Below are positions 28,801 through 35,631 of a stretch of DNA of 64,000 bases, piece after piece. Origin of the DNA: an uncultured Candidatus Saccharibacteria bacterium (lineage in GTDB: Bacteria > Patescibacteriota > Minisyncoccia > Phycocordibacterales > UBA2100); contig CAYYEX010000003.1 in NCBI GenBank assembly GCA_964471165.1, positions 79,499-143,498 on the forward strand, read 5' to 3'. Numbering within the stretch: position 1 is the first letter of the stretch; each line of letters begins with the position of its first letter. A model generated the notes under the pieces. The model was not told the DNA's origin, searched no databases, and was given only the letters and a program-made list of their open reading frames with translations. A program made the translations under genes and the position numbers.

Positions 28801-31335
28801 TGCATTCCCTTGAATCATTACTGAGTTTGTACTGGATGCCAACGACACCGTATTCGTGCTCGTAGAAAGGGTCCAATAGCCACTGTCGCCGCTTGCTCCC
28901 CCGCCGTAGCTCTCGAGCGCGATTGACGCGTCAACAAATTTTGGCATGACGAGCACCGAGATGGTGCCAACTCCCGGACCGCTAAACGATTGCAATGCCT
29001 GGCCAAGCGCGTAGCCCGATTCTGAAAGCTTTACGCCGACACCGGCAACATCGGACGCCGCGATGAGATCGCCAGCATTGATGTCGCCGTTGGCGTCACT
29101 TACCGTGGTGCGAATCACACCCGCGAATCCAATGATGTAGGCGTTGGGCTCTCCCTCAAGGCTACCGTTACCAACGAACGCCGCATTATCTGACACGACA
29201 CCAATGAGCGCTTCGCCGGCAGTCGCCTTGCGGTATTCACCGCTGGAGTTCAACGACACGACGTCGCCAACAGCTGCCGATTCACTCAGCTGCATAAATT
29301 CAGCAAAGTCTGCTGCGCCGGATGTTTGCGTGATACCCGTGCCCGCTGTAGAGAGTCGCAAGCTGCCAACACCTCGACCACCCGTATCTGAACCAGCTCC
29401 TACTCCTGCAAAGTATTCAATAAAGCGCGGGCACGTTGTTCCAGATGTACAGGCAGTCGCGTACGGAGTGCGAATGTTCAGACGCAGCACGTTGTTGCCG
29501 GAAGAGAGCGTGTTGTTGTCGTTAGAGATTGCAAACACAGCAGTTCCTGTTGCACTTGTGGGGCCGGTCGCCTGTCCCATAACAGAGACGCGGTACGAGG
29601 GATTCGCAACACCAATGGAAAGCGGTCCGTTGATGGTAGACGTTGCAGTTGTTGAGGTGGATGTGAACGAGCCAAATGAAGCACTCAACGACGAAAAGAG
29701 ATTAGAAAAGATGGACGTTGAGGTCGCTCCTACCATGGTGATATTCGCAAACGAATTCACGCCGATAAACGAGTTGTTTGCGAATGTTTTTGCGATTGAG
29801 GTGGAGCCCGCAATGAAACTATTCACAAGCGAATCATCGTAGTATCGGTTGATTGAACCCTGTGCGAGTGCATCGGTCGTTGTGCCAGCAATCACTCCCG
29901 CAACACGACTCGGCGTGTAGTAGAGATTCGTTCCCTCGGCGAGATTGCTCGTCGATTTAGTTGCAAGCCATGCATCCGAGCTTGTTGTTGCCCAGCGGAA
30001 CTGTGTGGAGTCCCAGAACGCAACCGACGTGGTGGAGAAAAAGTACCCCTTGTCGTAGGTGGAGAGGTCATATGCCAACGACGATGTTGAATGAAAGTTG
30101 TTTTGACTCTTCCAGTAATCTGCCGATGTTGTGGAGAACGATGAGCCGGGATTCACTGAATTGAAGTATTGAGCTGAAGTTGTGGAGAATGAGTTGGCAA
30201 GATAATACGCACCTTCCCGACCGTCGAGTGTTCCCGTCCAATCACCAGAAGTGTTCAGCGTGAGTACGCCGCCAGAGTTTTGCAGTCCCGCTCCGGCGAG
30301 CGAGGTAAAGTATTCGGTTCCTCCGAGACCAAATACGGTTGTGTTCAATGTTGTAGATGTGGCGTTATCAAACTTCGCTCCATTCTGCACTTCAAACTTC
30401 GCAAGCGATGTCGTCGCGGTTCCGCCAACGAGCACCTGATTCGAAGTCGTGGCAGGGCGAACTCCGCTGTTATTGAAAAACGTCCAGTTACCATCGGCGC
30501 CACCGCCACCCCCGGAAAGATCGGTGCCGCATTCAAACTGGCGCGTTGCAGCATTCCATACAAGCTTGTCGTTTGTGCCTGAGCACGAGGTGAGCCCCGC
30601 GCCCGTAAACGTTCCTCCCACATTGAGGTTGGTCGACGAAGCGTTGGTGAGTGTGGTACTCGCGAGCGTGGCATTTGTTACCGTAATATCCGCAAATGCA
30701 TTCACACCGATGAACGTGTTGTTTGCGTATGTTTTCGCAATTGTGCTCGAGGCGTTTACGTAGGCCGCAGCGGAAGACGTTGAGAACGAATTCGCCAAGT
30801 AGTACGCTCCGTTTCTTCCTCCGAGCGTTGCTGAGTTGATTGCGTAACCGGAGGCGGTTACGCGCTGACGCGGCGAGAGATTCTCAAAGCTCTCAGCGCC
30901 GTCGCCCGGGGCGCAGGTGGCACCAACCTTGGTTGCAACTTCAACATTGAGATACACCGCGTCGTTGTCCTCGAAGTTAAAGTCGAGCGTATCTCCGCCA
31001 GCATTCGTGTCTCCGACACCCGCGTTGAAGATACCGTTGCGTACTGAGACGGTCATCGTTGATGGCGCTGCTGTCGGCCAGAGCTTCGAGCCCGCACCAA
31101 CCGTAACGTTGTCGTAAAGGGCAAACTTTACGCAGTAGTCGGTTCCCGTTCCACCAAGAAGCGTCCCCGAGGAATTCATGAGTCGTCCTTGGTAGTTCAT
31201 GATGCGCGGAACTCCAGTTGCGGCGAGCGCAACGCTCGCGCTCGTGCCAAACACAAACATCACGCATGAAAGAATCGCGATAAGTCGCGTTATTCCTCGA
31301 ATCATGCTTACCCATGATTGCGTCTGTGTGTTCAT
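22867..31335 (-). CDS. giant secreted repetitive surface protein (about 2822 aa) with fibre-like Gly/Ser/Thr/Ala/Asn-rich repeats
   Basis: The signal peptide MNTQTQSWVSMIRGITRLIAILSCVMFVFGTSASVALA was chosen as the start (the ORF extends to 31533). Recurrent units include VLGISNGGTGTSTAPT.G.LLVG..GGYDLVAT and LAEG.N.YYT. An internal super-repeat of about 880 aa occurs twice. A distinct C-terminal ~300-aa domain is present. Confidence 0.7.
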   Translation of the reverse strand: MNTQTQSWVSMIRGITRLIAILSCVMFVFGTSASVALAATGVPRIMNYQGRLMNSSGTLLGGTGTDYCVKFALYDNVTVGAGSKLWPTAAPSTMTVSVRNGIFNAGVGDTNAGGDTLDFNFEDNDAVYLNVEVATKVGATCAPGDGAESFENLSPRQRVTASGYAINSATLGGRNGAYYLANSFSTSSAAAYVNASSTIAKTYANNTFIGVNAFADITVTNATLASTTLTNASSTNLNVGGTFTGAGLTSCSGTNDKLVWNAATRQFECGTDLSGGGGGADGNWTFFNNSGVRPATTSNQVLVGGTATTSLAKFEVQNGAKFDNATSTTLNTTVFGLGGTEYFTSLAGAGLQNSGGVLTLNTSGDWTGTLDGREGAYYLANSFSTTSAQYFNSVNPGSSFSTTSADYWKSQNNFHSTSSLAYDLSTYDKGYFFSTTSVAFWDSTQFRWATTSSDAWLATKSTSNLAEGTNLYYTPSRVAGVIAGTTTDALAQGSINRYYDDSLVNSFIAGSTSIAKTFANNSFIGVNSFANITMVGATSTSIFSNLFSSLSASFGSFTSTSTTATSTINGPLSIGVANPSYRVSVMGQATGPTSATGTAVFAISNDNNTLSSGNNVLRLNIRTPYATACTSGTTCPRFIEYFAGVGAGSDTGGRGVGSLRLSTAGTGITQTSGAADFAEFMQLSESAAVGDVVSLNSSGEYRKATAGEALIGVVSDNAAFVGNGSLEGEPNAYIIGFAGVIRTTVSDANGDINAGDLIAASDVAGVGVKLSESGYALGQALQSFSGPGVGTISVLVMPKFVDASIALESYGGGASGDSGYWTLSTSTNTVSLASSTNSVMIQGNASTSNLVVSNGFTFGKATGVLKSVAGVVSSSLLNLASDVTGVLGISNGGTGTSTAPTYGKVLVGNNAGGYDLVATSSLGISSGSLVWGSITGTLSAQTDLQNALDLKFGLSQWYATTTDALAEGAINKYYADARVQTYLNGVNKGFFFSTTSASNFASAGLAFSTTSASYFLSQNQANGFSTSSAEYYVGASTTIPKTFTNNTYTGTNSFQNVTATGATTTSSYTGTASSTSLFSNIATIGSLIAGAFTGNTVSATNATTTTLYTGTASTTNINTNTASAGSATIGTLSLGNALSGTSGGTGLNSVSQNALLIGGPGNTWTQVSTSSLGLVAFGDLGAYMGLAQWYATTTDALAEGSTNRYFTVNRVAAALSATTTDAIAEGSTNRYYQDSRVQTYLNGIDKGFFFSSTSASSFAAAGLAFSTTSAAYFNSQNPGESYSTSSADYWKTQRNFHSTSSFAYDLSTYDNGYFFSSTSVAFWDSTQFRWATTSSNAWLATKSTSDLAEGSNQYYTPTRVASVIAGTTTDALAEGATNKYYSNGLVNTFVGASSTIAKTFTNNTFTGVNTFGNISATGATTTSLSTAIASTTNLTISGIQSSMLYTGAGGIVQGVSVSGPVQFSAGTLSVQQADSSTSGYLGSSDFGSFNSRLSTSSLGLVDKGFFFSTTSSDFWKTQSSFFSTSSTDYWKTQNNFFSTTSASHFSSLGLAFSTTSTAYFLGQNQGNAFSTTSANYFVENTVALPKTNTNNTYTGTNAFANITATNATTTTLFTTFSSSTETRANTASFGNATIGSLTTTATSTGSNGFDITDGCYSIDGVCISSGPGGGGGSGELIAIQTFSAVGTTTYTPSAGATSAQVIVTGGGGGGGGADSDGTTVEVPAGGAGAGATAFLHVDLTATTSVQVVVGAGGTGGTAAAGGTGLGGGHSSFGPALGRAGGGSGGVGAVSADTVAGPRTLAGGVGGSATAGDVQVAGGNGQDGNSQVGNTAFGGVGGSSYWGGGGDGGSVVVTATQSAGSNATTYGAGGGGAALADTATGAAGGNGASGIVVVYEYGPFQGTMAVTNGGTGLSSGPSYGQLLMGDGAGGYVLVATSSIGLATTTDSLVEGVQNLYYTESRVNEFVGASTTVAKSFTANIFTALQTFANAMFGNATSTNFAATGVASSSNLVASNSFTFGKVTGILKATAGSVVAALVDLANDVTGVLGISNGGTGTSTAPTRGQLLVGDGLGGYDLVATTTLGIYISDTVGTLDETRGGTGNTSYTAGDILYALNGTTLVPLPAGGNGAVLKIAGGLPAWGADLQGGGGGGGGGGFFSTTTDDLAIYPSDPNYAVIVGNSATTTDDAMLEVFGKSYFSNRMGIATSAPGSIFSIGNVANFSTLGSTMYTKLNLIDVQATGASTFANVLAASLAATDVGASSLSAGTTATTTIQGDVAGTSTIQGFINVTGTNSTSTFSGNVQANGNLQALSIRLTSTSSAAGFNMESGCYAINGVCTVNSLTATNTTLTVSPGSGAVGISLNLSNPNVWSGLQQFGNASSSLMEATQFYARTIQSTSTNALVLQSNFSSTAGLTFGSTSTPQVLGIDTINNRVTLGTGGGTPTWLVLDTKNTPGDPSSGVNGAMYYNSNTAAFRCYNGSWVTCGGQAASSTGDVQFRNVDGSFTATSNFNWSLSANRLALTAAANQATDIFTISSSTGETLFSVGNTGVLNLATTTDQATPTSGLDIYAKAIANRVVPKWMGPSGVDTPFQSAIWQNNLTYFNPGAAAGVWTGTVGANLGTAAIVLPTTTNFYTNQRRSRFASVVTTLNQQVGTRTEAMFFRGASTGQGGFFFAARVGTDTWTANDRLFVGFSTSTTALCTSDPTIRTSTIGFAVNSGSTSISFITNDATGLASVSPISNQPALASNQGYAFYIFAKPNDTVVYWQLDDINTGLKLQEGSVNTDLPANTQMLVAHACMSNASNTLVNAAQIGVNRIYIETDR
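26800..30700 (-). repeat. two copies of a ~2.6 kb diverged tandem super-repeat inside the giant gene, about 75% nucleotide identity (approximate bounds)
   Basis: The stretch AFWDSTQFRWATTSS[D/N]AWLATKSTS is encoded at about 29.94-30.01 kb and again at about 27.30-27.37 kb. The flanking protein blocks are colinear. Confidence 0.6.
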
Positions 31336-31342
31336 GATAATT

Positions 31343-31732
31343 TTAGGTTTTTTGTTCGAGACGCTGCATTGCGCGCTGATTGAGTCGCTGGTCGAGCGAC
31401 GTTGAAAAGATGTAAAACACGAGCAGCATGAACGCCACACTGATGACAATGAGGGCAACGGAGAGTCGTTTAACGAGACGCGGCGATTCAATCTCGCGCT
31501 GCAATACCTCGAGCATCGTAGGAGTTCCTGCATTTTTGCCCGTAACCTTGCTCTTCTTGTCCCCCATGTAGCTCTTGAGAGCCTCTTCCGTTGTCATCCA
31601 TGCAACGTTGGCAAACACCTGCTTGCCGGGGAGTTTTCCGCTCCGAATGAGTTGTCCAACATAGTCTGGCGTGTAGCCCGACATCGCTGCCGCTTCTCGA
31701 AGTGAAATGTATTCTGATTTTTTTGACATCAT
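31343..31732 (-). CDS. small HTH-domain protein with a C-terminal TM helix (129 aa), immediately upstream of the giant gene
   Basis: The N-terminal stretch YISLREAAAMSGYTPDYVGQLIRSGKLPGKQV looks like an excisionase/MerR-type helix-turn-helix. The C-terminus has the hydrophobic helix LSVALIVISVAFMLLVFYIF. Confidence 0.5.
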   Translation of the reverse strand: MMSKKSEYISLREAAAMSGYTPDYVGQLIRSGKLPGKQVFANVAWMTTEEALKSYMGDKKSKVTGKNAGTPTMLEVLQREIESPRLVKRLSVALIVISVAFMLLVFYIFSTSLDQRLNQRAMQRLEQKT

Positions 31733-31934
31733 ACGTAAATCTCGGGGGTCGATATTGGCTTAATTTCTCAATCTCGAGGGTCGAGATGCCACTGCCCAAT
31801 TGTATAATCCCTATGTTTTTAGCCTATTTTTCGATGTGGACAACTTTTTATCTAAATCTGACTTTTCAGTGATTCCTGACGACTTGTTTTGCAACTTTTG
31901 GGCACGTATTTTGCTTGTCTGAGGCAGGTTCGCC

Positions 31935-31950
31935 TATACCCCGCGGGATA
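31935..31950 (-). promoter_or_regulatory. variant copy of the motif (minus strand TATCCCGCGGGGTATA) in the divergent promoter region
   Basis: Matches the consensus at 13/16 positions. Confidence 0.35.
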
Positions 31951-31985
31951 CACGTGCCTGAATTTGTCGACCTTTCTAGTCGGGC

Positions 31986-32013
31986 TATCTCATGGGGTAT
32001 ACCCCGTGAGATA
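31986..32013. promoter_or_regulatory. 28-nt near-perfect palindrome TATCTCATGGGGTATACCCCGTGAGATA, two overlapping motif copies sharing the GTATAC core
   Basis: Seen in the sequence. One mismatch between the arms. Lies between divergent genes. Confidence 0.55.
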
Positions 32014-32048
32014 GAAAAATCTGAAATAGTTGGTATATCTAGTCCGGG

Positions 32049-32065
32049 TATCTCATGGGGTATAC
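32049..32065 (+). promoter_or_regulatory. copy of the motif TATCTCATGGGGTATAC followed by the RBS GAGGAGG (32069-32075) and the ATG at 32083
   Basis: The motif ends 17 nt before the start codon. The spacing suits a -10 element plus a short leader. Confidence 0.5.
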
Positions 32066-32082
32066 ACTGAGGAGGCTTCTCC

Positions 32083-32859
32083 ATGGGAAAAAGATTGAAG
32101 ATTGCCCTAACCATCCTGGTACTCTCCGGCTTTGTAGCGGGGGGCTATTTTTTCCTTGAATATCGATTCCAGAGTTCATTCGATGCGAACCTTCGTCGTG
32201 CCTTAAAAGCTGTTCAGAAGCCTCATACGTATGAAGTTGCCGTTGAGACATCTACCGCCCTTTCGGGTCGCTATATCGACGTTTTAGGCCTCTACAGACT
32301 CGATTTTGACGCAGACCGATACGCTTCGTACGCGACAACGACTATCACGAACCCGCAGGAGAAGCCGCCAAATAATCGACAGTCGTTTACACTGCAGAAC
32401 CTCTCAATCGGAGATGATATCTTCGTCAAGATTGAGACAGATAGTCCGCAATTAAAGAAAACCATCCCCCAGAGCCCCCAGTGGCAACACTTTCAGTCCA
32501 CCACTATACCGGAGCAATTCAAGGGTATCGCTATAGATGGCCCCGTACTCGACAGTCTTTCACTCCTCTCAAAGAGAGGTGCCTACCTTTCTCTCGAAGG
32601 CGCGCCTGCAATGCGAGAGTTCGCGAGTAGCACGTTCCGTGTCTACATGTTCAAGCTATCCGGGAAGAACCCCTCATCGGGGGGCGGTACCCTGCAATCT
32701 CTCATGGGGCACATTGGCACCGGCACAGTGTCCATATGGCTGAACGAATCTGATTCCGTGCACTTGATACATATGCAGGGCGAAGGCTACTCATCTACAA
32801 CGACCGTTCTGAGTATAAACATCCCGCTTTACCTCGCGGCACCTCAGATAGAGGAATGA
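32083..32859 (+). CDS. hypothetical N-anchored exported protein (258 aa)
   Basis: Strong RBS and N-terminal TM (IALTILVLSGFVAGGYFF). No family recognised. Confidence 0.55.
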   Translation: MGKRLKIALTILVLSGFVAGGYFFLEYRFQSSFDANLRRALKAVQKPHTYEVAVETSTALSGRYIDVLGLYRLDFDADRYASYATTTITNPQEKPPNNRQSFTLQNLSIGDDIFVKIETDSPQLKKTIPQSPQWQHFQSTTIPEQFKGIAIDGPVLDSLSLLSKRGAYLSLEGAPAMREFASSTFRVYMFKLSGKNPSSGGGTLQSLMGHIGTGTVSIWLNESDSVHLIHMQGEGYSSTTTVLSINIPLYLAAPQIEE

Positions 32860-32874
32860 TGCTAAACTTTTCTC

Positions 32875-33657
32875 ATGTTGAGGAGAATCGCTGATTTTGT
32901 ACACCAAATTGGTATTCTCCATGCGATTGCAGTTCTGGTGCTACTTGTTGCCTCGACAACAGTGCTCATCAACCGTGGTAGCTCAATCGTGACGCTCATG
33001 GCTGGAAGTGCCGCCTCGCTCGGCAATGAAACGGTGCTCTATTTTTCACCACACAGCTCCAGCACGCTGAAGGTCGGAGAAACCACCGACGTTGATATTC
33101 GCATCAACACAAAGACCGCAATTAACACTGTGGGTGCCACCATCAAATTCCCGGAGGACTCGCTTGAAGTCGTTGGTATTAGTAAGGAAGATTCGTTCCT
33201 CGACTTGTGGACTGAGGAAACGACCATCAGGGAAGGTACTGGTGAAGTTCACTTTAGCGGTGGCACCCTTACTCCAGGAGGACTCACTGGTGTCGGTACG
33301 ATTGTTACGCTCACAATAAAAGCAAAAAAATCTGGCTCTGCACAAATCTATTTCAAAGACATGCAAATCTTTGCGGCCGACGGGAAGGGTTCCGAGGTAG
33401 AAAGCGGTAAACGCACATACACCTTTGAGATTCCCGAATCAACGCATCAGCTTGCCGGGGCATCTGGAAACATGAATGAAGAAAAGCTTGCACCGCCCAC
33501 CATCGATTTCAACGGTGATGGCAAAATTAACGTCGTCGATCTCTCGATTATGGCGTTCCAGGTCATCGCACCATATAACGCAAAATTCGACCTTGACCGC
33601 GACGGAGCGAGTTCGCTTGCTGACCTTTCGATATTCTTTACGAGAATGCGTGAGTAA
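32875..33657 (+). CDS. cohesin-like domain protein with a C-terminal dockerin (adaptor scaffoldin-like, 260 aa)
   Basis: N-terminal TM/signal. The central domain VLYFSPHSSSTLKVGETTDVDIRINT...IKFPEDSLEVVGISKEDSFLDLW...TIVTLTIKAKKSGSAQI follows the cohesin beta-sandwich pattern. C-terminal dockerin repeats are IDFNGDGKINVVDLSIM ... FDLDRDGASSLADLSIF. Confidence 0.6.
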   Translation: MLRRIADFVHQIGILHAIAVLVLLVASTTVLINRGSSIVTLMAGSAASLGNETVLYFSPHSSSTLKVGETTDVDIRINTKTAINTVGATIKFPEDSLEVVGISKEDSFLDLWTEETTIREGTGEVHFSGGTLTPGGLTGVGTIVTLTIKAKKSGSAQIYFKDMQIFAADGKGSEVESGKRTYTFEIPESTHQLAGASGNMNEEKLAPPTIDFNGDGKINVVDLSIMAFQVIAPYNAKFDLDRDGASSLADLSIFFTRMRE

Positions 33658-33672
33658 CGCTGCCGATTCGCC

Positions 33673-34668
33673 TTACGGCATCCTGCGTCCGCTATTCAAT
33701 GACTTCGCAAGCGTTTTGCGACTGAACAAATATCCGATAATGCCGCCCACTGCGACGAGCAACAACAAGTATGGCAGCGCGAGGCCAAGCATCGGTGTCA
33801 TCGTTTCAACCGCCGCGGCAAAACCTTGCGGTCGTGCCACGATAACTACTTTGTCTGATGCAAAAGTCTCACTTGCCGAGGAAACTTGTACCCATGCGCG
33901 GTATACACCACGCTCTGCCGGTTCTGCTGCAACATACGTAAATGATCCGGTATTGGTGCTTTGAATCGTACTTTCTTTTGGTGCATCGTCTTCAAACTGC
34001 AAAAACACCGACAGTGCGGAGTTTGGCGACGCGGTTCCCTGCAGTACGATGCGCCCGCCGATTGCGACACGGTCGTCGTACCCCATGATAGCCGGCACCT
34101 GGACTGATACACCTTTGACCTCAGGGGTTGGCGTGAGCTCCGGTTCGGCACTGGTCGCAACTACTGTTTGTAGTTCCGGTGCCGGTGGTGTTTCCCTCGC
34201 CACAATAGTGTAAAGCGCAGAGCGCATACCGGTAATGATATTCGTCGCACGAGCATCGTTGAGCAGCAGCGCACCGGAATCTATGTGCACATCTCCCGGT
34301 AGTACGCTTTTTGCTTTGAACGTGATGGTCACGAGGGCTGCGTCGGAGGCAGCGAATCCCTCACCCGCAGTCCCCGAAAAACGCAACGTCCCACTTTCGT
34401 TTGAGAAGACCACAGGAGTGGGCCAGAGTGAAAGGACTGACCCTTGGGTGGATACGCGTTCAACTGAGAGTGCAGCCGGGTTATACGATATATCCGCCTC
34501 TGCGGCATTGGCTGCTACACCGTCGGTGTTCGCGCGGACCACGACTTCAAACGATTCCCCGATGCCGTATGTGGCGCGTGCAGGTGTGATAAACAAAACA
34601 CCTTCTGCTGCTGCCGAAACCGACGGCAATGCGAGAAGAATAAAGAGCGCCGCAAAACGGTATCTCAT
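33673..34668 (-). CDS. cohesin-like domain protein with a C-terminal TM anchor (331 aa)
   Basis: Signal peptide. The segment GVLFITPARATYGIGESFEVVVRANTDG...ADISYNPAALSVERVSTQGSVLSLW...LVTITFKAKSVLPGDVHI aligns by eye with the cohesin pattern (GDtv.v.v......isYdP..L.v......i....F........v.F..........G.fa.i.fk). A Pro/Thr linker follows, then the C-terminal TM LGLALPYLLLLVAVGGIIGYLF. Confidence 0.6.
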   Translation of the reverse strand: MRYRFAALFILLALPSVSAAAEGVLFITPARATYGIGESFEVVVRANTDGVAANAAEADISYNPAALSVERVSTQGSVLSLWPTPVVFSNESGTLRFSGTAGEGFAASDAALVTITFKAKSVLPGDVHIDSGALLLNDARATNIITGMRSALYTIVARETPPAPELQTVVATSAEPELTPTPEVKGVSVQVPAIMGYDDRVAIGGRIVLQGTASPNSALSVFLQFEDDAPKESTIQSTNTGSFTYVAAEPAERGVYRAWVQVSSASETFASDKVVIVARPQGFAAAVETMTPMLGLALPYLLLLVAVGGIIGYLFSRKTLAKSLNSGRRMP

Positions 34669-35627
34669 GCGCTCGTAGTCTTTTTCAGGCGGTCACGACG
34701 CCACATGAAGAGCCCTATACACAGAAGCCCCCCAATGATAAGTGCGAGGATTGTGTAATTCGTTTCCTTCGGAACGCGCACTGGGGCACTGCCCTCTACG
34801 TATGTGCCGAGTCGCTCGTTGCCGGCCTTATCAATTGCCTTTACCTGCACCCCACCGAGAAGCCGCTGATCGCGCAATTCGTGCGGGCTTGTCACCTGCT
34901 TCCATGCGCCGCGCTCAAAAAGCTCGTAGTGATCGATACCGCTCTGTTTGTCCTGTGTGGCAAAAACTGCGTAATAGTTTCCTGCAAACACGCCGCGCGT
35001 TGATTCCACAGTTACCTGGAACTCATCCGGTGGAATTTTATCGCTCCCGACTTCGGCGAGCCATGGATCGCCACTCGAAAGCGGAGTCGGTGAAATTGAG
35101 TATGTGGCGCTCTGCGCGGTAAGTTTTGCAGGGGTAGCAGCACCGTCGTTGAGGTACACGAGCGACGTCTGAGAAATGGAAACTGCGGCACTTTTTTCGC
35201 TCGCCCCAATAACACTGAATACAATCTTACCGAGTACATTCGAAAGAATCGGGTCACCGGGGATGCGTCCGCAGTATCCACCCGGAATACCTCCCGAGAA
35301 GGTTACGACTCCTTTTTGAGTATCAATAACAGGCTCTTCAACCCACAGACTCAGGATTGAATTGCCTTTGCTGAAATCGACAGCACGCAGCGTCTGTGTG
35401 GGATAGCGAACCTCGACGTGCGCGGCGTTGACACACTCGCCCTGGTTATCAATGCGGATGTCCGCGATGAACGTGTCGGAGAGTCCATACGCCCCCTCTG
35501 TTGGATTCACATACAAAATTGCAGCGCTCGCCGTAAATGGCAACAACAGCACAGAGACAGCAGCATATGTCAGGGTCGCCCGAATGATTCGTGACATATT
35601 GTCAGTATAGCGGTTTTTTATATGCAT
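34665..35627 (-). CDS. cohesin-like domain protein with a C-terminal TM anchor (320 aa)
   Basis: Signal peptide. The segment AILYVNPTEGAYGLSDTFIADIRIDNQGECVNAAHVEVRYPTQTLRAVDFSKGNSILSLW...ILSNVLGKIVFSVIGASEKSAAVSI is cohesin-like. C-terminal TM is ILALIIGGLLCIGLFMW. A 4-nt overlap with the preceding gene. Confidence 0.55.
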   Translation of the reverse strand: MHIKNRYTDNMSRIIRATLTYAAVSVLLLPFTASAAILYVNPTEGAYGLSDTFIADIRIDNQGECVNAAHVEVRYPTQTLRAVDFSKGNSILSLWVEEPVIDTQKGVVTFSGGIPGGYCGRIPGDPILSNVLGKIVFSVIGASEKSAAVSISQTSLVYLNDGAATPAKLTAQSATYSISPTPLSSGDPWLAEVGSDKIPPDEFQVTVESTRGVFAGNYYAVFATQDKQSGIDHYELFERGAWKQVTSPHELRDQRLLGGVQVKAIDKAGNERLGTYVEGSAPVRVPKETNYTILALIIGGLLCIGLFMWRRDRLKKTTSA

Positions 35628-35631
35628 ATGG

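Noticed and set aside
31733-32082. Small ORFs (31866-32114 and 32039-32251) in the divergent promoter region
   Set aside because: They overlap the repeated regulatory motifs and the RBS/start of the 32083 gene. They are more likely non-coding.
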